Assembly (NCBI GenBank): GCA_963700985.1
Contig: OY969554.1
Coordinates: forward strand, 192,001 to 256,000
Source: an uncultured Chlamydiales bacterium
GTDB taxonomy: Bacteria > Chlamydiota > Chlamydiia > Chlamydiales > Rhabdochlamydiaceae
Direction of reading: 5' to 3'
DNA: 64,000 nucleotides
Position 1 is the stretch's first letter; each line of letters starts with the position of its first letter. Shown piece by piece: positions 47,076 through 57,394 of this stretch. Made by a program: the position numbers and the translations under genes. Under the pieces are notes generated by a model. It was not told the DNA's origin. It made no database searches and was given only the letters and a program-made list of their open reading frames with translations.

Positions 47076-47965
47076 TTACCCGCGTATAAGTGGCTTTCGA
47101 GCATCAGACCCATGATCTGCTCATTTCCATTTTGAACTTGCTCGATTACCGCACCAAAAACCTCTTTCTGCTTCTCATGCACCTTTTGGCAATTTCCATG
47201 TGCGCAATCAATTAAAAGACGTGGGCGCAAATTGCGTGAACTGAGCTTGGAGCAGGCGTTGTTTACAGAGAGTGCATCATAGTTAGTTTGCGTCAGCGAG
47301 CCTCTGAGCACGAGATGAACCCATGGATTGCCGCGGCTCGTCGTTGAAGAAAGTCTTCCCTCTTCATCACAAGATAAGAAAGTGTGCGGGGAGGCGGCGG
47401 CTATTAAGCTATGCAGAGATTGGCCGATATCCCCATCCAAACCATTTTTAAAACCCACCGGGCAAGATAATGAAGAGGCGAGTTGGCGATGAGGCTGCGA
47501 GTAGGCTGTGCGCGCTCCGATAAAACCCCAAGTGACCAGATCATCTAAGTAGAAAGAGGCGAGAGGATCGACAAATTCCATGGCAGTTGGAATCTTGCGT
47601 TTGGCCAGCTCTAAAAAAAGTTTTCGCGACTCTCGCAGGCCCGTTTCGAGTGCGTGGGAACCATCGAGATAAGGATCGTAGAGCATGCCCTTCCAGCCAG
47701 TTGCCGTACGCGATTTTTCGACATAGACACGCATGACCAGAAAACAGCTCTCGTGCACGCGATGCGTGAGCTTAGCTAGCTGCTCAGCGTAGTTCAAAGC
47801 TGCATCGACCTGATGGATAGAACAGGGGCCAATAATAAGGGCTAGGCGCTTATCTTCCCCCGAGATGATTTTTTGTACAATCTTGCGACTATACTCAATA
47901 AAATCACGCTCTTGGGGAGCCAGCGGAAGTTCAGCTTTTAGTTCTTTGGGCGAAGGAAATCTCAT
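46889..47965 (-). CDS. 3-deoxy-7-phosphoheptulonate (DAHP) synthase, class I-alpha (AroF/G/H type)
   Basis: IIGPCSIH, MRVYVEKSRT..GWKG, IGART, PVGFKNG, IDCAHGN, YGVSITDPCL; ATG 47965 avoids overlap with the divergent gene. Confidence 0.93.
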   Translation of the reverse strand: MRFPSPKELKAELPLAPQERDFIEYSRKIVQKIISGEDKRLALIIGPCSIHQVDAALNYAEQLAKLTHRVHESCFLVMRVYVEKSRTATGWKGMLYDPYLDGSHALETGLRESRKLFLELAKRKIPTAMEFVDPLASFYLDDLVTWGFIGARTAYSQPHRQLASSLSCPVGFKNGLDGDIGQSLHSLIAAASPHTFLSCDEEGRLSSTTSRGNPWVHLVLRGSLTQTNYDALSVNNACSKLSSRNLRPRLLIDCAHGNCQKVHEKQKEVFGAVIEQVQNGNEQIMGLMLESHLYAGNQSLSDDELSLKYGVSITDPCLDWASTEELILSADELLSAPNNLFSILPTKSASSSKAGSKA

Positions 47966-48023
47966 GAAATGGATCCTATCATAGCTCGCTAAAAATTCAA
48001 AGGATGAGGTAGCATAGTTAACC

Positions 48024-49409
48024 ATGAACATTTCTTCTATCGTTGCACTTCTCAATACGCTCGACAGCTATCTCTGGAATTATTGCCTCATCATTCTCCT
48101 TTGCGGTTTGGGAATTTTTCTTACCATCCGTTTAAAAGGAATGCAGCTGCGCTATCTGGCATATTCACTCAAGCTTGCATTCACACGGAATGATAAAGAT
48201 GCTGCAGGCGACATCAGTCAATTTCAATCTTTGATGACAGCGCTTGCTGCCACGATTGGCATCGGCAGTATTGCCGGTGTAGCCACTGCGATTGTAGCCG
48301 GCGGATTCGGAGCTATCTTCTGGATGTGGGTGATTGCGCTGATTGGAATGTCAACAAAGTTTGCTGAAGCCATCTTAGCTGTAAAGTTTCGCATCGTGGA
48401 TCACCGCGGCGAGATGTGCGGTGGACCTATGTATTACATCACACAAGGTTTGGGTTGGCGCTGGCTAGGGATTATCTTTGCCATTTTCGGCGCGCTCTCG
48501 GCTTTTGCCGGCGGCAACATGACCCAGTCGAATTCTATCGCGGCCGCCATGCAGGATCTCGTAGGCCTCTCTCCCACCTGGTGCGGCGTGCTGCTCATGG
48601 CCTTTACTTCTGTAGTCGTTCTTGGGGGGATTAAAACCATCGGCAAGGTGAGCTCTTATCTCGTGCCCATGATGGCTTTAATGTATGTCATCGGGGGCTT
48701 AATCATTTTAGTCGTGCGCTTTGATCGCGTGCCCGAAAGCTTATTAAACATCGTGCGCTGTGCTTTTACAGGCCAAGCAGCCTTCGGCGGCTTCTTAGGA
48801 GCCTCGATCATGGCAGCTGTGCAGATGGGAGTTGCGCGCGGGGTTTCTTCGAATGAAGCAGGCCTCGGCAGTGCGCCCATCGCCGCCGCTGCTGCGAAAA
48901 CCGATGTGCCAGGCCGGCAAGCGCTGATCTCGATGACAGGCGTATTTCTTTCTAGCCTCGTCGTCTGCACGATTACTGCGCTCGTGGTGGCTGTAACAGA
49001 TGTGCTCGGTATGGTTGGACCTGATGGACGTGTTTTAAACGGAGCTACGCTTGTGATGCAAGCCTTCCGTTCCGTTATCCCAGGCGGCGGCGCAATCGTG
49101 GCAGTTGGCCTCGTGCTCTTTGGCTATACCACCATCATCGGTTGGGCCTATTACGGAGAAAAATGTGTAGAGTTCATGGCAGGGGAGAAGACCCTGAAAA
49201 TCTACCGCCTGCTTTTCTGTGTGATGGCCTTTTTTGGTGCAATCATGAGCTTCGATATTGTCTGGCCACTTGTCGATATTATGAATGGTTTAATGGCACT
49301 TCCTAACCTCATCGGCCTCTTTGCCCTTTCCGGCATCGTCGTTGCTGAAGCAAACACCTTTTTTGCACTTCTGCGCCGCGAGAAATCAGCTGCCCAGCAA
49401 CCCAACTAA
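48024..49409 (+). CDS. alanine/glycine:cation symporter (AGCS; AlsT/DagA family)
   Basis: ALAATIGIG.IAGVA, GAIFWMW, GGPMYYI, SNEAGLGSAPIA, GWAYYGE. Confidence 0.96.
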   Translation: MNISSIVALLNTLDSYLWNYCLIILLCGLGIFLTIRLKGMQLRYLAYSLKLAFTRNDKDAAGDISQFQSLMTALAATIGIGSIAGVATAIVAGGFGAIFWMWVIALIGMSTKFAEAILAVKFRIVDHRGEMCGGPMYYITQGLGWRWLGIIFAIFGALSAFAGGNMTQSNSIAAAMQDLVGLSPTWCGVLLMAFTSVVVLGGIKTIGKVSSYLVPMMALMYVIGGLIILVVRFDRVPESLLNIVRCAFTGQAAFGGFLGASIMAAVQMGVARGVSSNEAGLGSAPIAAAAAKTDVPGRQALISMTGVFLSSLVVCTITALVVAVTDVLGMVGPDGRVLNGATLVMQAFRSVIPGGGAIVAVGLVLFGYTTIIGWAYYGEKCVEFMAGEKTLKIYRLLFCVMAFFGAIMSFDIVWPLVDIMNGLMALPNLIGLFALSGIVVAEANTFFALLRREKSAAQQPN

Positions 49410-49433
49410 GTAGCATAAATATACCGGGTTTTT

Positions 49434-49859
49434 ATGGCTCAACCAGTTTCAATAGCATCTTTATCTGCCACAGCGCATTTAGCCTCAGATTTAATTGTCT
49501 GGCGCAATCATTCGGACGATTTTGCACATAAGTCTGTTGCAGAACTGGGCTTCGTTGGGTTAACTCTTCTTGGCATTGTTGAAACAGTCACACGTATTGT
49601 TCTATCCATTCTGGCGATCCCATTTACTTATTGCCTCTCTGACGATCAGAAAGATTTAAATGATCTGCTCACATTCCGTTTGCCCTTTGGAGCTTTTACT
49701 TCCGGTGTGGTGACAATTGGTTGTCTCATTGCGACCATACAAAATCTTTGCAATGAAAAATTTGAAGATGATGGTACTGCTCTTACTTGCTTGGGCAACA
49801 TCCATTATGCAATAAAAGATCGTTACAAAGAAATTGCTGCACAGGGTTCACATCCTTAA
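49434..49859 (+). CDS. small hypothetical membrane protein
   Basis: VAELGFVGLTLLGIVETVTRIVL segment shared with the N-terminus of 57395-58810. Confidence 0.65.
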   Translation: MAQPVSIASLSATAHLASDLIVWRNHSDDFAHKSVAELGFVGLTLLGIVETVTRIVLSILAIPFTYCLSDDQKDLNDLLTFRLPFGAFTSGVVTIGCLIATIQNLCNEKFEDDGTALTCLGNIHYAIKDRYKEIAAQGSHP

Positions 49860-49865
49860 AGGAAA

Positions 49866-50546
49866 ATGAAGAGTTTACAAGCGCTGATTGTAGTTACGCC
49901 GAATTGGGACGCAGTGTCTGGTGTGCTTTATCGCTATGCGCGGGCATCTATTGCGCATGCTTGGGAGCGCGTGGGTTATTCCGTTCCTGTGAATATTGGC
50001 GAAAATGGCATGGCGTGGGGCATCGGTTTGCATCACAATGCCGATTTGAAAGGCGCATTTAAGAAAGAGGGCGATCGCAAGGCACCGGCCGGCATCTTTT
50101 CGCTTGTGCATGCCTTTGGCGATACTGCGCATCGTCCCTATGCTAAGCAGATCCCATACCTTCCCATCGAAAGAGATCTAGAGTGTGTGGATGATCCAAG
50201 CTCACGCTTTTACAATCAATTTGTACGCCGGAAAGCAGCCGAAGAGTCAGATTGGAAAAGTTCAGAAAAGATGGCTGAAGTTGGCTATCTTTATGCGCTC
50301 GGGCTTGTTGTAGGGCACAATATCGACTCTCCGCAACCGGGTTTAGGCTCTTGTATTTTCATGCACATCTGGCCCGATGCTAAAACTGGCTCTGCCGGGT
50401 GTACAATTATGGAAGAGAGTAATTTAATCGAAATCATCTCCTGGCTCGATATTGCCAAAGAGCCCTGCCTTATCCAGCTTCCCTCAGAAGAGTATGCCCA
50501 ACGGCAAGCCGCTTGGAATCTTCCTGATGTTCATAAATGTCTTTAA
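49866..50546 (+). CDS. L,D-transpeptidase-like (YkuD superfamily) protein
   Basis: KKEGDRKAPAGIF, CVDD..SRFYN, GSCIFMHIW....GSAGC with putative catalytic His and Cys. Confidence 0.85.
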   Translation: MKSLQALIVVTPNWDAVSGVLYRYARASIAHAWERVGYSVPVNIGENGMAWGIGLHHNADLKGAFKKEGDRKAPAGIFSLVHAFGDTAHRPYAKQIPYLPIERDLECVDDPSSRFYNQFVRRKAAEESDWKSSEKMAEVGYLYALGLVVGHNIDSPQPGLGSCIFMHIWPDAKTGSAGCTIMEESNLIEIISWLDIAKEPCLIQLPSEEYAQRQAAWNLPDVHKCL

Positions 50547-50676
50547 TTCACATATAGAGTCTTAATTTAAATTTTATTTATGCCGTTTATTAAATAATAA
50601 AAAGTTTAAATCTCTGTTTGAATTGTTCGGAAAGGCTGAATCATGATAAAATATTTACTTCAAAGTTTGGAGTATT

Positions 50677-51960
50677 ATGACGATCGCACAAACCACGTAT
50701 TATCCTGAGGGGGCTCGCTTTTCCAATGCGTTTGCTCAGGGGGCGGATTGGGCGGCTGAGCAACTCACTTGGTCGGGATTCAAGACGTTGGATTTAGCGC
50801 TTAAGCTCGTCGAACCATTTGCTCCGGGTGCACGCGAACAGTGGGCAACTGTGGCTACAGAGGTGATGCGTCGCGCTCTTCTGGCTTTTACTATTCTCCT
50901 GCTTATGCCACTCAATTTATTTGCTCCACTTGGTTTGGCTCTCCGCGCTTTGGCCCACATGGCAAAAGGGGATTTTGTTTATTTACAGCCAGCCGTAAAT
51001 CCCACACTGCCTGCGCAGCTGCCTGAGAAGCTCAAAATTTGCACGTTTAACGTAGCGGGCGGCCCAGAGTTTATGGTGACGAGCAATGGTCTTCGTCCTA
51101 CCTGTAATCGCGCCCAAGAAGCTGAAGCCGTAATTCGAGAACGCAATGATGATCTGATCTTTATGCAAGAGGCGTTCCAATCTAGCGTATTTGTTAAACA
51201 GGCGCGCAACTTGCAAGATCTTTTTCCTTATTCAGTTTGTGACGTAGGTTGCCAAACACTGGGATTAAGTTCAGGCTTAGGAATCTTAAGTAAATATCCT
51301 TTAGAGAATGTCACGTTTTGGGCGCATCCCGAAAGAGGCGGCATTGAGACTTGGGCTAACAAGGGCTTGCTCGCTGCAACCGTGCGTCTTACTCTCACAA
51401 AGGTAGCTTTTGTTTTTACCACCCACCTCAACGGTGGGGCTCCCGAGAGCCAAGGCGGAGGTCAGTACTTCCGAGCTGTTCAGATCGCGCAGATTAAGCA
51501 GAAAATTTCACACTACATACAGCAGCATCAGCCACAAGATTCGAGCGATGTAGTAGGCGCTTTCTTATGCGGAGATTTTAATACGGGGCCTGATGAAGGC
51601 AGTGCGCAAGCATCGCTCAATCCAGAATGGAAACCAGAGTTTTTTAGGCAAATGTTTGAAGAGTATTACGTGGGTGATGGCCCCGCCTATGCTGATGGAC
51701 GCGCTTTAAATGAGACGCAAAAATTTGGAACAGGATTCTGCACGGATAGCCTCGATGACAGAGTTACGGCTTGGGATACAGCGCGCATAGCCGAGTGGAG
51801 AATAGGAAGAGAGTGTTTGGATCACTTGCTCGTTTTGCAAAATCCGCCGCCGCGCATCAGTTTAGACCAAGGCGCGCAACCTAAGATTGTAAGAGATCAT
51901 ATGGACGGTGTCTCAGATCACTTGGCTGTTCGTGGTCAGTACACACTGATTCAAAATTAG
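50677..51960 (+). CDS. endonuclease/exonuclease/phosphatase-fold, sphingomyelinase-C-like protein with N-terminal membrane segment
   Basis: [37 protein letters not shown] and SDH motifs; hydrophobic [26 protein letters not shown]. Confidence 0.85.
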   Translation: MTIAQTTYYPEGARFSNAFAQGADWAAEQLTWSGFKTLDLALKLVEPFAPGAREQWATVATEVMRRALLAFTILLLMPLNLFAPLGLALRALAHMAKGDFVYLQPAVNPTLPAQLPEKLKICTFNVAGGPEFMVTSNGLRPTCNRAQEAEAVIRERNDDLIFMQEAFQSSVFVKQARNLQDLFPYSVCDVGCQTLGLSSGLGILSKYPLENVTFWAHPERGGIETWANKGLLAATVRLTLTKVAFVFTTHLNGGAPESQGGGQYFRAVQIAQIKQKISHYIQQHQPQDSSDVVGAFLCGDFNTGPDEGSAQASLNPEWKPEFFRQMFEEYYVGDGPAYADGRALNETQKFGTGFCTDSLDDRVTAWDTARIAEWRIGRECLDHLLVLQNPPPRISLDQGAQPKIVRDHMDGVSDHLAVRGQYTLIQN

Positions 51961-54047
51961 ATTTTAGCGCGACGCAGACGTAGTGCGTTCCAGACCACTG
52001 AAACTGAGCTGAGTGCCATAGCTGCGCTGGCAATCACGGGGCTGAGAAAAATACCCAAAACGGGGTAGAGCGCACCTGCCGCAATTGGCACTCCAAGCGC
52101 GTTATAAATAAAAGCAAACCAGAGATTCTGTCGAATATTACGCATGGTGGCGGCGCTTAAATTACGGGCGCGCGCAATTCCGCGCAGATCACCATGAACT
52201 AATGTAATCGCCGCACTTTCAATCGCTACATCTGAACCAGTTCCCATCGCAATGCCCACATCGGCTTGAGCAATCGCGGGTGCATCATTAATGCCGTCGC
52301 CGGCCATAGCCACCACATGGCCCTCTTCTTGAAGCTTTTTGACGATCTTGCTTTTGTTTTCAGGTAAAACTTCAGCTTCAACCTTATCGATTCCAAGCTT
52401 TTGTGACACGGCTTGGGCCGTGATGCTATTATCACCGGTAAGCATGATGATTTGGACATGCGCTCTGTGCAACATTTCAATGGCTTCAATTGTCGAGCTT
52501 TTAATCTTATCCGAAACAGCTAAGACTCCAACGAGCTTCTTTTCGACAGAGATGAAAACAGCCGTCTGAGCTTCATTTCGAAAAGTATCGGCTTTTTCAT
52601 GCATAGCGGAAATGTCCACATCCAGGCCGATCATCAGCTGCCTGTTGCCCACTGCAACCATCTTGCCTCGAATTTTGCCTTTTACTCCCATGCCCGCGAG
52701 TGTTTGGAAGTTTTCTACTTTTTCTAGTGTTAAGCCTTTTTCTTTGGCAGCACGTACAATCGTGGTTGCCAGGGGATGTTCACTTCCTAACTCTAAACTT
52801 GCGGCTAGCTGCAGAATTTGATTTTCATGTTCGTCTATGGCTGGCGCCACGGCATTTAGTTGAATTTTTCCTTCTGTCAAGGTGCCGGTTTTATCTGTAA
52901 CGAGGGTATCGACTTTTTCCATCAGCTCAAGTGCCTCTGCATTTTTGATTAGAATGCCCATTGAAGCCCCTTTTTCGATACTCACCATGATGGACATAGG
53001 TGTGGCCAGACCCAATGCACAAGGACAGGCGATAATAAGGACGGCGATGGAATTGAGCAGGCCGTGTGCAAAGCCTGGCGTCGGGCCAAAGATAGTCCAG
53101 CCCAAGAAGGTGAAAAAGGCGGCAGCTAACACGGCTGGCACAAAATATTTTGTCGCTGTATCGGCTAGGTTTTGAATAGGCGCGCGGCTGCGCTGTGCTT
53201 CGCCCACCATTTGCACGATGCGAGCAAGAAGTGTCTCTTCGCCGATTTTATCTGCGCGCATGATGAAACTTCCTGTTTCATTTATAGTTGCCCCAATCAC
53301 ATGAGTGCCGGGCTTTTTTTCTAAAGGAAGCGTTTCTCCCGTGATCATCGATTCATCTACTCGACTTGAGCCTTCGAGTACAACGCCATCAACAGGGATC
53401 TTTTGGCCAGGTTTTACGCGTAGCCTGTCGCCTAATTTAATTTCATTAATCGAAACACTTTTTTCTTGCCCGTCTTCGATGAGTATAGCGCTGGTTGGGG
53501 CCAATTCCATGAGGGCACGAATGGCATTACCTGTTTTTTCACGGGCGCGAATTTCTAAATATTGACCGAGAATTACCAGAACGGTGATCACAGCGGAGGA
53601 TTCGAAGTAAACAGCCTTTTCTGTTCTCACATCCGTAATTGCAAGGATGATGTCTGGAATTATCAGCACAACCAGACTGTAGAGATAAGCTACAGCTACA
53701 CCAGTTGCAATTAGCGTGAACATGTTTAACTTGCGTCTGACGATGGATTGCCAGCCTCGGATAAAAAATGGCCAGGCGCCCCAGACTACAATCGGTGTGG
53801 CAATTAGAGCTTGGATCCAATTATTCGTAATAGAAGAGAAAAAATCTGGGAAGGAGTTCAGTAGAATAATTGGAATAGTTAAAAATAGGCAGGTCCAGAA
53901 GCGCTTGCTCATGGAATGCAGTTCAGAATTTGCTTGGCTTTGCTTGATTTTTGGCTCAAGCGCCATGCCGCAAATGGGACAATCGCCCGGCTCGTGCGAG
54001 TGCACATCCGGATGCATAGGACAGACATAATCTTGCAGATGAGACAT
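51957..54047 (-). CDS. copA: copper-translocating P1B-type ATPase
   Basis: N-terminal YVCPMHP...[39 protein letters not shown] and MALSS. Confidence 0.95.
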   Translation of the reverse strand: MSHLQDYVCPMHPDVHSHEPGDCPICGMALEPKIKQSQANSELHSMSKRFWTCLFLTIPIILLNSFPDFFSSITNNWIQALIATPIVVWGAWPFFIRGWQSIVRRKLNMFTLIATGVAVAYLYSLVVLIIPDIILAITDVRTEKAVYFESSAVITVLVILGQYLEIRAREKTGNAIRALMELAPTSAILIEDGQEKSVSINEIKLGDRLRVKPGQKIPVDGVVLEGSSRVDESMITGETLPLEKKPGTHVIGATINETGSFIMRADKIGEETLLARIVQMVGEAQRSRAPIQNLADTATKYFVPAVLAAAFFTFLGWTIFGPTPGFAHGLLNSIAVLIIACPCALGLATPMSIMVSIEKGASMGILIKNAEALELMEKVDTLVTDKTGTLTEGKIQLNAVAPAIDEHENQILQLAASLELGSEHPLATTIVRAAKEKGLTLEKVENFQTLAGMGVKGKIRGKMVAVGNRQLMIGLDVDISAMHEKADTFRNEAQTAVFISVEKKLVGVLAVSDKIKSSTIEAIEMLHRAHVQIIMLTGDNSITAQAVSQKLGIDKVEAEVLPENKSKIVKKLQEEGHVVAMAGDGINDAPAIAQADVGIAMGTGSDVAIESAAITLVHGDLRGIARARNLSAATMRNIRQNLWFAFIYNALGVPIAAGALYPVLGIFLSPVIASAAMALSSVSVVWNALRLRRAKI

Positions 54048-54140
54048 GTGCGCGTTGCTATAAGTTTTTTTCTCTTATCTCTGAAATTTCTAGAATGGTC
54101 AATGGTCTTTTTCTAGGCAGACCATATGCGCAATTTTTTT

Positions 54141-54234
54141 CGTGCCCGTGCCCGATTACGAATGGTTCAAAAGCGATTGATAAATTGATTCTTGTTAGAT
54201 TTTTCGGGCACGGGCACGCACACGGGCAGGAAAA
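54141..54234. repeat. inverted-repeat element built from GGGCAC units between valS and copA
   Basis: Perfect 15-bp IR CGTGCCCGTGCCCGA (54141-54155) / TCGGGCACGGGCACG (54204-54218), plus a further CACGGGCA unit. Confidence 0.7.
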
Positions 54235-54247
54235 GAGGGGATGGAGT

Positions 54248-57079
54248 CTATTGAGAGAATTGCTGGAGCTTTTGAGAGACTTCGCTGAGCTCTTTGTCCG
54301 CTTGGACAATCGCAGCTTTAAGCTTTTCGACGAGCTCTTGAGGAGCGCGCAGGACGAATTGAGGATTAGCCAACTGCTCGCGCGTCTTATTCTGCATCTG
54401 AATCAGCTTTTCTTTTTCTTTGGTGAGGCGAACGAGCTCTTTTTCGCGCATTTCCTCTGGAAGAGGGATGATCAGCTTGAGAGTGCCCACAACTGCACTG
54501 GCAGAAAAGGGGAGGGGTTTTTCATGATTTTCAAAGACTAGGTTTTGCACGCGCACAAGACTTTGAATCACCGTCTGGTTCTCTTTGATAATTTTAAAGT
54601 CTGCATCATCGCTTGCACCAATCAGAATAAGATCAGTGGCAGTACCAGGGGGCAGTTGCATTTCTGCACGGATGTTGCGGATCGTATGCACAACATTATC
54701 CAATAGGGCAAAGCGCCGCTCAATTTCTGGATCCATGTCAGAGGCACGAATGAGTTTAGGATATGTTGAAACAGCGCAGGCTGGCGCTTGTAGGGCTTCG
54801 CAAGCTGCGGCCACGTAGGGCTCGATGCTGCCGGTGGGTTTGGCAGAAAAACGCTCTTTTAAAATCTGGAAAAGCTCTTCTGTTACAAAAGGAGCCATCG
54901 GATGCAGCAGGCGAACTACATGCGTGAGAATGACTGCAAGTACTCTCTGCTTATTTGTGCGCAACTCTGCGCTGCCAACCTTGCTAAAGAGGAAGGGCTT
55001 GACCAGCTCTACGTAGTATGCACAAAACTCTTTCCAGAAGAAATCGTACGCACAGGTGGCAGCTTTATCAAAAGCATAGGCTTGTAGATGGCCTTCTACC
55101 TCTTGAGTAATGCGGTTGAGTAATGAAAGGATCCAACGGTCTTCTAAGGTTAAAAGTGCAGAATCGATACCCTGAGCAAAAACCTCAGGAGTTAGATCTT
55201 CCACATTCATCAGCACAAAGCGCGCGCCATTCCAGATCTTATTGGTGAAGTTCTTAAACTCTTCGAAGCGTCTCCGATCGAGATCGATTTGTCGCGCATG
55301 CGTCGCACTGGCACATAAAGCCATACGCATGGCATCTGTGCCGTAACGGTCGATGATCTCGATCGGATCGATCACGTTACCCTTTGACTTAGACATCTTT
55401 TCCCACTTCGAGTGCACTTCTGGCGGTGTGGGTTTCCCAAGGTCATACTCTTCGCGCTCTTTGCCCGTAATGAACTTTATCGAGCCATCTTTCTGGTGCG
55501 TCCAGTAAGATTTTCCATAGATAAGCCCGTGGATAAACGTCTCTTTGAAGGGGACTTCATCTAAAGCATATTCTCCCATAAAGATCATGCGTGCCACCCA
55601 GAAGAAGAGAATATCGTGGCCGGTGACGAGCACGTTGTTGGGATAGAATTTTTTAAGATCAGGTGTCTGTTCAGGCCAGCCTAAAATGCTGAATGGCCAA
55701 AGACCAGCTGAAAACCATGTATCGAGCACATCTTCATCTTGGACCCACTCATCAGGCGCGGCTGTGACTTCTGGGGGGAGGTCTGCGCCTGCAAAGCAGA
55801 TCATCTCGTCGGGATTTTCTTTTTTATACCAAATAGGGATGCGATGTCCCCACCAGAGCTGTCTTGAGATGCACCAGTCGCGCACATTCTCAATCCAGTG
55901 AAAATAGGTGTGATCCCAATGGGCAGGTAGGAGCTTTACTTTGCCCTCTTTTACAGCAGAGATGAGCTTTTCTTTAAACGGCGCCATGCGCACAAACCAC
56001 TGCTTTGAGAGGTAGGGCTCGATCACGGCTTTTGAGCGGTAGGAGATACCCACGCGGTGCACGTAGGGCTCGACGCGCTCTAGCAGGTTTTGCTCTTTTA
56101 ATTTTTGAACGATCTTCTCGCGAGCTTCTTCTTTCGGTAAGCCTTCAAACTCACCGCCATTTTCATTGATCTTGCCATCAGGTGTCATGATGTTGATCAT
56201 GGGCAGATTGTGCCTTTGCGCCATCTCATAATCATTAGGATCATGTGCAGGAGTGATTTTAACCACGCCTGTTCCGAAGGTTGGATCGACATGATAATCT
56301 GCAATCACGGGGATGCGTCGATTCATGAGTGGCAAAATCAGCATCTTCCCAATTAAGTTTCGGTAGCGCTCATCATTCGGAGAAACAGCTACAGCCACAT
56401 CGCCGAGCATGGTTTCTGGTCTGGTGGTGGCGATGATGATATGTTCATGCGTGCCTTCCACAGGATAACGCAGATACCAGAGGTGACTCTGACGCTCTTC
56501 GTATTCAACTTCATCGTCGGCAAGTGCGGTTTGGGTAAATGGATCCCAGTTAACTAGATAGTCGCCGCGATAGATCAACCCATCATCGAACATTTTCTTG
56601 AACATGGTGCGCACAGCCACATTGCGCTTTTCATCCATGGTAAAGGCAAGCCGTGACCAGTCGCACGAGCAACCCAGGCGTTTAATCTGTGAGAGAATTG
56701 TGTTTTCACTCTGTTCTTTCCACGCCCAGACATGCGAGAGAAATTCTTCGCGCGAAAAATCTTTGCGCCTTTTGCCTGTTTTAGCCATCAGCTGCCGTTC
56801 AACAAGAGTCTGTGTGGCGATACTAGCGTGATCGGTTCCTGGCACCCAGAGCGCTTCAAACCCGCTCATGCGTTTCCAGCGGATAAGCACATCTTGCAGT
56901 GTGTCAACTAGGGCATGGCCCATGTGAAGGGCACCGGTGACGTTGGGAGGCGGAATTGAGATGGTATAGGCCGGCTTTTTGCTGTGAGGATCTGCTTTAA
57001 AAAAGCCTCGTTCATCCCAAAATTTGGACCACTTCTCTTCGACGTCTTTCGGTTCGTATGCTTTGGCGAGTTCTGACAT
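54248..57079 (-). CDS. valS: valine--tRNA ligase
   Basis: PPPNVTGALHMGHA, DWCISRQLWWGH, DTWFS, KMSKS, C-terminal coiled coil; start ATG 57079 (or 57094). Confidence 0.99.
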   Translation of the reverse strand: MSELAKAYEPKDVEEKWSKFWDERGFFKADPHSKKPAYTISIPPPNVTGALHMGHALVDTLQDVLIRWKRMSGFEALWVPGTDHASIATQTLVERQLMAKTGKRRKDFSREEFLSHVWAWKEQSENTILSQIKRLGCSCDWSRLAFTMDEKRNVAVRTMFKKMFDDGLIYRGDYLVNWDPFTQTALADDEVEYEERQSHLWYLRYPVEGTHEHIIIATTRPETMLGDVAVAVSPNDERYRNLIGKMLILPLMNRRIPVIADYHVDPTFGTGVVKITPAHDPNDYEMAQRHNLPMINIMTPDGKINENGGEFEGLPKEEAREKIVQKLKEQNLLERVEPYVHRVGISYRSKAVIEPYLSKQWFVRMAPFKEKLISAVKEGKVKLLPAHWDHTYFHWIENVRDWCISRQLWWGHRIPIWYKKENPDEMICFAGADLPPEVTAAPDEWVQDEDVLDTWFSAGLWPFSILGWPEQTPDLKKFYPNNVLVTGHDILFFWVARMIFMGEYALDEVPFKETFIHGLIYGKSYWTHQKDGSIKFITGKEREEYDLGKPTPPEVHSKWEKMSKSKGNVIDPIEIIDRYGTDAMRMALCASATHARQIDLDRRRFEEFKNFTNKIWNGARFVLMNVEDLTPEVFAQGIDSALLTLEDRWILSLLNRITQEVEGHLQAYAFDKAATCAYDFFWKEFCAYYVELVKPFLFSKVGSAELRTNKQRVLAVILTHVVRLLHPMAPFVTEELFQILKERFSAKPTGSIEPYVAAACEALQAPACAVSTYPKLIRASDMDPEIERRFALLDNVVHTIRNIRAEMQLPPGTATDLILIGASDDADFKIIKENQTVIQSLVRVQNLVFENHEKPLPFSASAVVGTLKLIIPLPEEMREKELVRLTKEKEKLIQMQNKTREQLANPQFVLRAPQELVEKLKAAIVQADKELSEVSQKLQQFSQ

Positions 57080-57135
57080 AAGGGCTGCGAGCATAACAGA
57101 GCAGCTACTCTTTCGTCAAAATTAAGATTTTTCAC

Positions 57136-57159
57136 CACAGAGTCACAGAGGGCACAGAG
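57136..57159. repeat. short direct repeat CACAGAG x3 in the valS upstream region
   Basis: CACAGAG-T-CACAGAG-GG-CACAGAG. Confidence 0.55.
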
Positions 57160-57394
57160 TAAAGCAGGAAAGATTGTTTTTTTCGCGGGCGAGGCGCAAA
57201 AAACAAGATCTTCGCGGCTTCGCCGATCTATGCGGGGAGTTTTTAAAAATAAGAGTTATAGCATGCAGTTTCGTAATTGAATTAATAATTTTTTTATATG
57301 GAAATTATAAAAATTTTTGTGCGTGTAATTTTAGGGTATTCGTGTTAAAATTTTTCACATTAAATCATTAAATCATTAAATATCGGGGATTGTA

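Noticed and set aside
47966-48055. Longer DAHP synthase start overlapping the symporter gene
   Set aside because: It would overlap the divergent gene head-to-head; ATG 47965 is more plausible.
54058-54541. ORFs 54058-54309 (CPCACPCP) and 54095-54541 (GHGHAHG) as metal-binding peptides next to copA
   Set aside because: The Cys/His patterns are simply translations of the GGGCAC repeat, and both ORFs overlap valS.
57095-57394. T-box riboswitch or small ORF (57174-57371) upstream of valS
   Set aside because: I found no T-box consensus, and the ORF is low-complexity with no RBS.
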